32,000 nucleotides of DNA from Dickeya solani IPO 2222 (lineage in GTDB: Bacteria > Pseudomonadota > Gammaproteobacteria > Enterobacterales > Enterobacteriaceae): NCBI RefSeq assembly GCF_001644705.1, contig NZ_CP015137.1, positions 2,760,001 through 2,792,000 of the forward strand. Reading direction: 5' to 3'. Below the pieces are notes generated by a model, which was not told where the DNA came from, made no database searches, and worked only from the letters and a program-made list of their open reading frames with translations. The translations under genes and the position numbers were made by a program. Shown one piece after another: positions 17,711 through 25,041 of the stretch (position 1 is its first letter; every line of letters starts with the position of its first letter).

Positions 17711-17847
17711 GAATTCAGGGACGCGTAGTGTATTCGGAACGAATAGTGTATTCAGGACGAATAATGTATTCAGAACGAGTATGTATTCAGAACGAGTATG
17801 TATTCAGAAAGTGTCGCGTATTCAGAAAGCGTCGTAATTCAGAAAGA
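17711..17847. repeat. Tandem array of ~8 degenerate 17-18-bp units (core GTATTCAGRAC) between lexA and zur
   Basis: The units are: 17726 TAGTGTATTCGGAACGAA; 17744 TAGTGTATTCAGGACGAA; 17762 TAATGTATTCAGAACGAG; 17780 TATGTATTCAGAACGAG; 17797 TATGTATTCAGAAAGTG; 17814 TCGCGTATTCAGAAAGC; 17831 GTCGTAATTCAGAAAGA. A degenerate unit GAATTCAGGGACGCG lies at 17711. Confidence 0.9.
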
Positions 17848-17850
17848 GCA

Positions 17851-17872
17851 GTGTGAAGCAACGGCTTCACAC
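17851..17872 (-). terminator. Hairpin immediately after the zur stop (GTGTGAAGC-AACG-GCTTCACAC)
   Basis: This is a perfect 9-bp stem. On the minus strand it is followed by the T-rich TGCTCTTTCT. It may serve both convergent genes. Confidence 0.55.
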
Positions 17873-18382
17873 TCAGCGTTTCTTCACCATAATGCTGTGA
17901 TCATGATTACAGCTGTCCCGATGTTCGCAGGATTCCACCTTCTGGCATTCGCCACACAAGCCGTGGGCTTCCACCACACTGTGGCGCAGAGCGAAACCTG
18001 TCTGCCTCGCCAACTGGTGTAGCGTTTCCTCAACGCCTTCCGTCTGACGTTCCGTCACCAGCCCGCAGCGGTCGCAGATAAACAGCGCCGAGGTATGGCT
18101 GTGTTCATCGAAATGATGGCACAGCACATAGCTGTTGGTGGACTCCACTTTGTGGATAAAGCCTTGTTCCAGCAGAAAATCCAGCGCGCGATAAACGGTG
18201 GGCGGCTTGGCCTGAGGCTCGGAAACGCGAAGCAAATCCAGCAGATCATACGCGCTGATCGCACCGGGTTGCTGGGCCATTAAGCGCAACACTTCCTGAC
18301 GCTGGGGCGTCAGACGCACATTGCGTTGCTGGCAAAGCTGTTCAGCCTGGGCAACAAGTTTGTCCGGATTGGTTGAATCCAT
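17873..18382 (-). CDS. zur: Zinc uptake regulator Zur (Fur family)
   Basis: LTPQRQEVLRLMAQQPGAISAYDLLDLL…PPTVYRALDFLLEQGFIHKVES is present, along with the CxxC pairs (CDRCG, CGEC). The protein is 169 aa. Confidence 0.93.
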   Translation of the reverse strand: MDSTNPDKLVAQAEQLCQQRNVRLTPQRQEVLRLMAQQPGAISAYDLLDLLRVSEPQAKPPTVYRALDFLLEQGFIHKVESTNSYVLCHHFDEHSHTSALFICDRCGLVTERQTEGVEETLHQLARQTGFALRHSVVEAHGLCGECQKVESCEHRDSCNHDHSIMVKKR

Positions 18383-18628
18383 TGCAGTAACCCTGAAGCG
18401 AGTGTGAAATCATGGCGGCATCTTACCATGACTGAATAAAAACGCCGAGATGGCTACCGTAAGGTTGCAACGCGCCCTCTCTCGTCACACCGCATGGCTG
18501 GCAATTCATTTTCTTCATAGCGGCATTCCGGCGCGCCCCGACCTGATTCGTGGCGCTGGCACTGCCCTGAAACGTGGTTATCAGGGCGGAAGGCAACATA
18601 TGTGGCGGGTCTTTGTTCGAGACCCAGC

Positions 18629-19333
18629 CTAGACAACCAGGTCGATCAGTAATGCCCGTGTGGCGGTTTCCGCCTGGATGATAAGGCTGTTTTCCTGCTG
18701 GACAAACGCACCGTCGCCGCAGCGCAATACGTTGGGAATCGCGGCGCTATTGCCGTTGATGCTGATGGTGCCATGAATCGATTGCAGATAAGCACGGTTG
18801 CCGTTTAGCGTCAGGCTGTGTTGCTCGCCCGCCGCCAGATTCAGATGATGGATCCAAACCTGCTGACGCAAATGAAGGGCGTTGGCCGACTCATCCGGTG
18901 ATGCCAGCAACTGATAAGGTTGGTCTTTCAGTGCTAACCGTTGCAGACACTGGTTTTCCCGCGTTGGGCAGGCGTCCAGCCACAGTTGCAGCCGGGTCAG
19001 CGGCGTGTCATCGCCGACATTGTGTTCGCTGTAACTGACGTTGGGCTGGGTGGCCAGCAGCAAGGCTTCGCCCGCTTTGGCGCGAGTATGGTTGCCGTTG
19101 CTGTCGCGATATTCCGCTTCACCCTGCAACAGGATGTTCAGAATGTCGACGCGCGGATAGGTTCGTGGCTGAAAAGAGGCACCTGGGGCCAGTACTTCCT
19201 GATTGAGTACACGCAGCGAGGCGAAACCCAGTAGATCAGGATCAAAGTAATGACCGAAAGAAAAGGTGTAACGTGCCTGCAACCAGCCATAGTCAGCCTG
19301 GCCGCACTGTTCTGCTGCTCTGCTAATGATCAT
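18629..19333 (-). CDS. yhaK: Pirin-like bicupin YhaK
   Basis: QCGQADYGWLQARYTFSFGHYFDPDLLGFASLRVLNQEVLAPGASFQPRTYPRVDILN… is near-identical in pattern to E. coli YhaK. Like YhaK it lacks the HxH metal triad of YhhW-type pirins. It is divergent from yhaJ as in E. coli. Confidence 0.85.
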   Translation of the reverse strand: MIISRAAEQCGQADYGWLQARYTFSFGHYFDPDLLGFASLRVLNQEVLAPGASFQPRTYPRVDILNILLQGEAEYRDSNGNHTRAKAGEALLLATQPNVSYSEHNVGDDTPLTRLQLWLDACPTRENQCLQRLALKDQPYQLLASPDESANALHLRQQVWIHHLNLAAGEQHSLTLNGNRAYLQSIHGTISINGNSAAIPNVLRCGDGAFVQQENSLIIQAETATRALLIDLVV

Positions 19334-19442
19334 GGTATTCGACCCTGAGAATTATTGATAAAGCGATAGTAATTGTCTGGACGATGGATTGTTAGCCAGT
19401 TAATCTGGTCGGTACGTTCAAAAATCCTGAATGAGTGAAGAA

Positions 19443-20339
19443 ATGGCAAAGGAACGGGCATTAACACTAGAAGCTTTAAGGGTCATGGACGCCATCGATC
19501 GCCGGGGAAGTTTTGCTGCCGCTGCAGATGAACTGGGGCGAGTCCCGTCCGCTCTGAGTTATACCATGCAGAAACTGGAGGATGAACTGGATGTGGTGCT
19601 GTTCGACCGTTCAGGCCATCGTACCAAATTCACCAATGTTGGGCGGATGCTGCTGGAACGGGGACGGATCCTGCTGGAAGCCGCCGACAAACTGACTACG
19701 GATGCCGAAGCGCTGGCGCGAGGATGGGAAACCCATCTGACCATCGTGGTGGAAGCGCTGGTGCCGACCGAGCGCCTGTTTCCGCTGCTGGACAAGCTAT
19801 CGCTAAAGGCTAATACCCAGGTGTCATTATTGACCGAAGTGCTGGCTGGGGCATGGGAACGGTTGGAGCAAGGGCGAGCGGATATCGTTATCGCGCCGGA
19901 CATGCACTTTCGCTCGTCTTCGGAAATCAACACCCGCAAGCTGTATTCGACGAAAGGCGTGTATGTAGCCAGCCCGGATCATCCGATCCATGATGAGCCG
20001 GAACCGCTGTCAGAAGTCACGCGCGTCAAGTACCGCGGCATCGCCATTGCCGATACCGCCCGCGAGCGTCCGGTGCTAACGGTGCAGCTACTGGATAAAC
20101 AGCCGCGCTTGACCGTGAGTTCGATGGATGACAAACGCCGGGCGTTGCTGGCCGGGCTGGGCGTCGCAACTATGCCGTATGATCGGGTGACGCAGGACAT
20201 TGCCGAGGGCCGCCTGCGGGTGGTTGGCCCGGAAAACACGTTCGACGGCCAGATCATCATGGCGTGGCGGCGCGACAGTATGGGTGAAGCCAAGGCGTGG
20301 TTTTTACGGGAAATTCCGCGCATATTCAACGCGTTTTGA
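19443..20339 (+). CDS. yhaJ: LysR-family regulator YhaJ
   Basis: MAKERALTLEALRVMDAIDRRGSFAAAADELGRVPSALSYTMQKLE… matches E. coli YhaJ, and the length is 298 aa as in E. coli. The ORF-track start at 19431 (MSEE-) is an alternative. Confidence 0.86.
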   Translation: MAKERALTLEALRVMDAIDRRGSFAAAADELGRVPSALSYTMQKLEDELDVVLFDRSGHRTKFTNVGRMLLERGRILLEAADKLTTDAEALARGWETHLTIVVEALVPTERLFPLLDKLSLKANTQVSLLTEVLAGAWERLEQGRADIVIAPDMHFRSSSEINTRKLYSTKGVYVASPDHPIHDEPEPLSEVTRVKYRGIAIADTARERPVLTVQLLDKQPRLTVSSMDDKRRALLAGLGVATMPYDRVTQDIAEGRLRVVGPENTFDGQIIMAWRRDSMGEAKAWFLREIPRIFNAF

Positions 20340-20359
20340 TGGCGGTATGAAGGCAAGAT

Positions 20360-20399
20360 ACAACGCCGCCGGTTGGCTGACATCAACCGGCGGCGTTGT
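20360..20399. terminator. Bidirectional terminator hairpin between convergent yhaJ and yqjG
   Basis: ACAACGCCGCCGGTTG-gctgacat-CAACCGGCGGCGTTGT forms a 16-bp perfect stem and is followed by TATTTCT. Confidence 0.75.
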
Positions 20400-20449
20400 T
20401 ATTTCTGGCGCGTGTTGGTAAATCGTACGCGGCGTTCACCGTGGGGGAA

Positions 20450-21436
20450 TTACGGGTAGCGTTTATCCCGGCCGTGCGGCGTATTCAGGTCCATCTCCGG
20501 CCCTGTGGAGACGATGCCGTGAGGGTTGATGGTGCTATGACTACGATAATAGTGGTGGCGGATGTGCGCCATGTCCACGGTGTCAGATACGCCCGGCAAC
20601 TGGTAGATTTCGCGCAGATAGCCATACAGGTTCGGGTAATCGCTTATCCGACGTTTGTCGCATTTGAAATGGGTGTGATAGACCGGATCAAAACGGATCA
20701 ACGTCGTCCATAAACGAATGTCTGCTTCAGTGAGGCGATCGCCAGCCAGATAACGTTGCCGAACGAGGATCGTTTCCAGTTTGTCCAACGCGGCAAATAC
20801 CAGCCCGACCGGTTCGTCGTAAGCGGCTTGTGTTGTGGCAAAACCGGCTTTATACACGCCGTTGTTAACCTGGTGGTAAATCCACTCGTTCAGTTCGTCG
20901 ATTTGTCCTCGCAGCGCCTGCGGATAGTAATCACCGGGTGCGGCGCCACAACCATCGAACGCGCTGTTGAGCATACGGATGATATCCGCTGATTCATTGC
21001 TGACGATAGTGTGCTGCTGAGTGTCCCACAGCACGGGAACGGTGACGCGTCCGCTGTAGTCGGTTTTGGCGTGCAGATAAAGCTGATAGAGAAATTCGTG
21101 CTGATAAAGCGTGTCGCCGGTGGCCTGTGGAAAGTCGGTGTCGAAGGTCCAGCCGTGGTCCAGCATCAGCGGGTGCACCACCGAGACATCAATGTGTTGC
21201 TCCAGGCCTTTGAGTTTTCGCAGCAATAACGTGCGATGCGCCCAGGGGCAGGCTAGCGATACATACAGATGGTAGCGACCGGCTTCTGCTCTGAAACCAC
21301 CTGTACCCGTCGGGCCAGCTTCGCCGTCGGCAGTGACCCAGTTGCGGAAAAATGTCTGCGGCCGCTTGAAATGCCCACCGGATGACTGGGTTTCATACCA
21401 GGTGTCGTGCCATACGCCGTCAACCAATAATCCCAT
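20450..21436 (-). CDS. yqjG: Glutathionyl-hydroquinone reductase (Xi-class GST) YqjG
   Basis: The protein is 328 aa, as in E. coli. It carries RYHLYVSLACPWAHRTLLLRKLKGLE (the Cys-Pro-Trp-Ala active-site motif) and has the conserved position next to yqjF. Confidence 0.9.
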   Translation of the reverse strand: MGLLVDGVWHDTWYETQSSGGHFKRPQTFFRNWVTADGEAGPTGTGGFRAEAGRYHLYVSLACPWAHRTLLLRKLKGLEQHIDVSVVHPLMLDHGWTFDTDFPQATGDTLYQHEFLYQLYLHAKTDYSGRVTVPVLWDTQQHTIVSNESADIIRMLNSAFDGCGAAPGDYYPQALRGQIDELNEWIYHQVNNGVYKAGFATTQAAYDEPVGLVFAALDKLETILVRQRYLAGDRLTEADIRLWTTLIRFDPVYHTHFKCDKRRISDYPNLYGYLREIYQLPGVSDTVDMAHIRHHYYRSHSTINPHGIVSTGPEMDLNTPHGRDKRYP

Positions 21437-21463
21437 AGCCGGGTCCTCCCAGGAATAATGAAA

Positions 21464-21494
21464 ATGGCGGTCACAGCATGCTGTTGACCGCCAT
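21464..21494 (-). terminator. Terminator-like hairpin after yqjF, abutting the yqjG ribosome-binding site
   Basis: The minus strand reads ATGGCGGTCAACAGC-ATGCTGTGACCGCCAT, a near-perfect palindrome with one bulge, then TTTTCATTATT. The yqjG SD GGAGGA begins about 15 nt later. Confidence 0.6.
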
Positions 21495-21541
21495 CGAATA
21501 ATAGTCAGGCTGTGTTGTTCAACTGATTATTCAGACTGCCA

Positions 21542-21937
21542 TTACCATTTTTTGTTCAGCAGACGGTCGATACTGAATGCGCCCGGACCGGTGACGAACA
21601 GCAGTACATAGCCGCCGGCGATAGACAGGTTTTTCATGAACATCAATTGGTTCGCGCCCTGAGCGAAATCCGTATGGAAAATGAATGCGGTCAGCAGCGT
21701 GAAAATCGCAGTGGCAATCGCGGCGGTGCGGGTCAGTAAACCAAACAGAACCGCCAGACCACCGCCCAGTTCCAGCAGAATGGTTAATGGCAGCAGCGCA
21801 CCGGGAACGCCCATCGCCTGCATATACTGCTGGGTTGCGGCGTAGGATGCGCCCAGTTTGCCGTAACCAGCAACGATAAACAGAATGGGTAGCAGAATAC
21901 GGGCAACCATCAGCAATGCATTCTCAAAATTTTTCAT
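21542..21937 (-). CDS. yqjF: DoxX-family inner-membrane protein YqjF
   Basis: MKNFENALLMVARILLPILFIVAGYGKL…FMKNLSIAGGYVLLFVTGPGAFSIDRLLNKKW matches E. coli YqjF. The start at Met32 has GGAGAA 5 nt upstream. The ORF-track start is 22030. Confidence 0.87.
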   Translation of the reverse strand: MKNFENALLMVARILLPILFIVAGYGKLGASYAATQQYMQAMGVPGALLPLTILLELGGGLAVLFGLLTRTAAIATAIFTLLTAFIFHTDFAQGANQLMFMKNLSIAGGYVLLFVTGPGAFSIDRLLNKKW

Positions 21938-22207
21938 CGATATTCTCCAGTAGTGTGTTTGCTGCCGGAGCAAAATCGACAAGGGCGCATCCGGCGTGAC
22001 TTGTTTAAACGTTTGTGTAACAGATGACAAGAATACTAGAGGTGAAGATGAGTCAGTACCAGCGAGTAAAATTGTTGTTTTATGTCAGAAAAATTGACCA
22101 TGCTGGCGTGCTGATGAACGAAAAAAACCGAAAAATGGTATGTATGCCAGAGCACAGCGATAGCGATAAAAACGCGAACCGCGCGGCGAAACGATGGCAA
22201 ACGGGCT

Positions 22208-22513
22208 TCAACGCCGTGGTGGACATGGCGGTGATGGCACTATGGAGCGTATCAGTTTCAGTGCGCTCCAGATGCCGGCCGCCTTACGTACAAAACCCAT
22301 CAGCCGCCGCGGGTGACGTATCCCCAGTATGGCGACGGCTGGTGGGATCACGACCAGATAGCGGCGTACCCATGCCCATTTTCGCCAGTAGTCGTCGCAA
22401 GGCACGGTAATTTCCAGCCAGCGGTTTTTGTTCGCCGCCAGATCCAACCGTTGCTGTTGGATCTGGCGCAGCAGTTGCTGCTTTTCGGCCTCCAGACGCC
22501 GTTGACGATTCAT
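22208..22513 (-). CDS. yqjK: YqjK-like small membrane protein
   Basis: MNRQRRLEAEKQQLLRQIQQQRLDLAANKNRWLE… parallels E. coli YqjK (…RRKAQLLSQIQQQRLDLSASRREWLE…). Its ATG overlaps the yqjE stop as ATGA. The ORF-track ORF is over-extended to 22654. Confidence 0.72.
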   Translation of the reverse strand: MNRQRRLEAEKQQLLRQIQQQRLDLAANKNRWLEITVPCDDYWRKWAWVRRYLVVIPPAVAILGIRHPRRLMGFVRKAAGIWSALKLIRSIVPSPPCPPRR

Positions 22514-22908
22514 TTTGACTCGTCCTCCAGCAGCGAGCGATCCGTCGCCAGTTCTTTGCGGGTGTCCCGCAATAACGTGGAACGGCGCAGGCGTTTTAGC
22601 GTCCAGAGCGCGCCGAACAACGCCAGCCCAAACAGGGTGGCGGTGATCCAGCACAATGCCGTCAGGCGCAAGGCGGGATCCAGGCTCCAGATGATCAGCA
22701 CAACCAGGCTCATCAGGCCAAACGCCGTGAACAACAGGGTCAACCCCACCATCAGCAACAGCTGAATCAGCAGGTTTTTTTCCTGTTCCAGTTCAACTAC
22801 TGCCAGCCTGAGGCGTGTTTCCGCCATGCCGACCAGAATGGCGAGAATACGCTGTACGGTGGAAACAGCGGAGCTGCCGGGCCCCTGACGCTGTGGTTCT
22901 GTCTTCAT
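22510..22908 (-). CDS. yqjE: YqjE (DUF1469/phage-holin-3-like inner-membrane protein)
   Basis: VETRLRLAVVELEQEKNLLIQLLLMVGLTLLFTAFGLMSLVVLIIW matches E. coli YqjE. The start lies 3 nt after the yqjD stop. Confidence 0.82.
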   Translation of the reverse strand: MKTEPQRQGPGSSAVSTVQRILAILVGMAETRLRLAVVELEQEKNLLIQLLLMVGLTLLFTAFGLMSLVVLIIWSLDPALRLTALCWITATLFGLALFGALWTLKRLRRSTLLRDTRKELATDRSLLEDESK

Positions 22909-22911
22909 GGG

Positions 22912-23217
22912 CTAGCGGCGAGCCAGCAACAGGCCCAGCACCACGCCGACGGCGGCACCGATGCCAACCCCGGTCCAGGGGTTTTTATGTACGAAATCAT
23001 CGGCGCACTGGGTCGCTTCGCGGGCTTGCGCCGTAATCCGTTCACCGGTGTCATTGAGGTGTTCGCGTGACTCTTTGAGCACGCTTTCAGCCTTATCACG
23101 CAGTTTTTCCAGTTCGGCTTTGGATTTATCGCTGGAGGAGCGTAACACCTCTTCCAGTGTGTCTCCCAGAGAACGCAGCTCCGCTCGCAACTGTTCGGTA
23201 TTGGGTTCTTGTGCCAT
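22912..23217 (-). CDS. yqjD: Ribosome-associated membrane-anchored protein YqjD (ElaB/YgaM family, DUF883)
   Basis: The protein is 101 aa, as in E. coli. It carries the …HKNPWTGVGIGAAVGVVLGLLLARR C-terminal anchor. AAGGAG lies 7 nt upstream of the ATG. Confidence 0.87.
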   Translation of the reverse strand: MAQEPNTEQLRAELRSLGDTLEEVLRSSSDKSKAELEKLRDKAESVLKESREHLNDTGERITAQAREATQCADDFVHKNPWTGVGIGAAVGVVLGLLLARR

Positions 23218-23240
23218 GTGAACACTCCTTTATTTGATGA

Positions 23241-23269
23241 ATCATAGCGTTAACCACTTTCAGTGTTAA
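23241..23269 (-). promoter_or_regulatory. Candidate sigma70/sigmaS promoter of yqjDEK
   Basis: The minus strand reads TTAACA (23269-23264), 17-nt spacer, C-TATGAT (23246-23241 with C at -13). E. coli yqjD is RpoS-dependent. This is a prediction by eye. Confidence 0.4.
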
Positions 23270-23416
23270 CTATAGTGCAGATTTTCATCTTTGCTGAAGG
23301 AATGACTACGGATAGTTCTGATAACCCGCTGTAAAACAGGTGAAATTATTTCGAAAAGAAGTGGATGGCGTAGCAGACGGCGAAAAGACGGAACACGGTT
23401 TGTGCTCGCATGGGAA

Positions 23417-23767
23417 TCAGCTTCTGACCACCGGGAGATTACCGTTGATTCGCTGGGCGATGACGAGAGCATGCGGCAACGCGGTGCTCAGTATTTCTCT
23501 GGCTGCACCGCTTTGTTCCGGCGAAGACAGTCGCACGATGATGCTGTCATTTTCCGGGGTAATGCTCTTGATGGCGATACCCCGTTCGTTAAGCCGCTGG
23601 TAGATGTAGAAGCCGTCTGGCAAGGGCGCACCCTGATGCAGCGGGGTAATGTGCAGCATCACCTCGTCCGGCAGACGTCGTGACGACATGGACAGCAGCA
23701 CAACCAGCGGCAACAGCAGCAGTAACAGACGCCAGGCGAAGGGCTTCCTGAACCCACGGTTGGTCAT
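23417..23767 (-). CDS. mzrA: MzrA (YqjB), modulator of EnvZ/OmpR
   Basis: An N-terminal TM segment is followed by …LPDGFYIYQRLNERGIAIKSITPENDSIIVRLSSPEQSGAAREIL, which matches MzrA as I recall it. The gene lies directly after the yqjA stop (TAA-TTG-ATG). I preferred the ATG at 23767 over the TTG at 23770. Confidence 0.78.
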   Translation of the reverse strand: MTNRGFRKPFAWRLLLLLLPLVVLLSMSSRRLPDEVMLHITPLHQGAPLPDGFYIYQRLNERGIAIKSITPENDSIIVRLSSPEQSGAAREILSTALPHALVIAQRINGNLPVVRS

Positions 23768-23770
23768 CAA

Positions 23771-24445
23771 TTAATTCCTTTTTTCACGTGCCATCATGCG
23801 TTTTTTACGCCACAGCAGCAGCAGTGACCCTGCCAGACCGATGAACAACAAAACCAGCGGTAGCAGCATCAGACAGAACATCAGCTGGTCTTCGTATTTG
23901 CGAAATACCGGGGTTTTGCCCAGCGCGAAACCGAGAGAAACCAGAATGATGACCCACAAAAAACCACTCATCCAGTTGAAGAACTGGAAACGGGCGCTGT
24001 TCAGTCCAGACAGCCCGGCGATGGTCGGCAACAGGGTTCGCACAAAGGCCAGAAAACGGCCAACCAACAGCGCTGATAACCCGTGACGGTGGAACAACTG
24101 ATGCGCCCGCTGGTGATAGTGTGATGGAAGGTGTGACAACCATCCTTGAACAACCCGCGTATTTCCGAGCCATTTTCCCTGCAGATAACTGACCCAGCAG
24201 CCGAGACTGGCGGCGGTGGTTAGCAGTGCGATGGTGAACGGGTAATTCATGGTGCCTTTGGCTACCAGCACCCCTACCAGAATCAGCAGGCTGTCGCCTG
24301 GCAGGAACGCAGCCGGCAGCAAACCGTTTTCCAGGAACAAAATCAAAAACAACAGCACATAAATCGTCCAGACCAGCTTAGGATTGGCCAGGACGTCAAA
24401 ATTCTGGTGCCAGAGCGCATACAACAGTTCTTTAATTATATCCAT
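23771..24445 (-). CDS. yqjA: DedA-family inner-membrane protein YqjA
   Basis: FLENGLLPAAFLPGDSLLILVGVL…, GRFLAFVRTLLPTIAGLSGLNSARFQFFNWMSG and GKTPVF match E. coli YqjA. Confidence 0.92.
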   Translation of the reverse strand: MDIIKELLYALWHQNFDVLANPKLVWTIYVLLFLILFLENGLLPAAFLPGDSLLILVGVLVAKGTMNYPFTIALLTTAASLGCWVSYLQGKWLGNTRVVQGWLSHLPSHYHQRAHQLFHRHGLSALLVGRFLAFVRTLLPTIAGLSGLNSARFQFFNWMSGFLWVIILVSLGFALGKTPVFRKYEDQLMFCLMLLPLVLLFIGLAGSLLLLWRKKRMMAREKRN

Positions 24446-24992
24446 CTGGTGTTCCTGTACTGCGGTGTTGGAGAAACCACGCTGAGAACCGGTGACCCGT
24501 CAGCGCCGCCGCCTGGCATGGCCCGGCGTTCGGAACCATGGACTGGCGCGCTGATGAGCCGGGTACGCAAAATGGTCATTGCTGTACATCGGGTGGCGTA
24601 CTCCTTCACGTGCCTGCACATAACGCGATCGTTTTGTCCTGCAACTCGAATTCTTGGGTACAGGATGATGTCATTATCCCTGTGTGGCCGATGACAGGTC
24701 CTGCTTACGCTGATAAACGTTGCGATACGAGCAGTTGGCCGGCTTGACGGGGCATACTGGCACTTTTCAGCGCATTTCCCCCTCACCATGTTCCTTTTAC
24801 GGTTATTTTGCCTTTCAGGTCGTTCTGCCAGTAATTAAGCGTAAAAAAAGCACCCTAACTGTAACAAAAGCGGTGCAGGTGAGATAGGAAAATATCACGT
24901 TCTGAAAACGTATAACGACCTGTTTATTGGGAAAAGGTTGTGATGACCGTCATATTTTACACTTGCTGACAGAAGTCGACGCTGGATGACTC

Positions 24993-25019
24993 TTTTGCCC
25001 CCGAATGGTGGGGGCAAAA
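24993..25019. other. Hairpin just downstream of exuR (TTTTGCCCCC-gaatggt-GGGGGCAAAA)
   Basis: This is a perfect 10-bp stem. The T/A tracts are part of the stem rather than a 3' U-tail, so terminator efficiency is uncertain. Confidence 0.45.
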
Positions 25020-25041
25020 TGCAGGAAAGGTATGGAGAAAC

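Noticed and set aside
17711-17847. The tandem array as a CRISPR locus; also ORF 17798..18022 (MYSESVAYSES…) reading through it
   Set aside because: The units are contiguous 17-18-mers with no unique spacers and no cas genes nearby. The ORF is an artefact of the repeat, continues antisense into zur, and other frames are full of stops.
18629-19333. Calling this gene a quercetinase-type pirin (YhhW)
   Set aside because: The HxH…H…E metal-binding residues of YhhW-type pirins are replaced (QPRTYPRVD, SYSEHN). The sequence tracks E. coli YhaK instead, so I labelled it YhaK-like.
22024-22410. A 128-aa plus-strand ORF starting in the yqjF/yqjK spacer
   Set aside because: Two-thirds of it is antisense to yqjK. 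It has no SD and no recognisable domain. The spacer is better explained as the yqjF promoter region, which is YhaJ-controlled in E. coli.
23266-23472. A 68-aa minus-strand ORF in the position of E. coli yqjC
   Set aside because: It overlaps the 3' end of mzrA in another frame. It has no signal peptide and no similarity to what I recall of YqjC. It is AT-rich promoter DNA.
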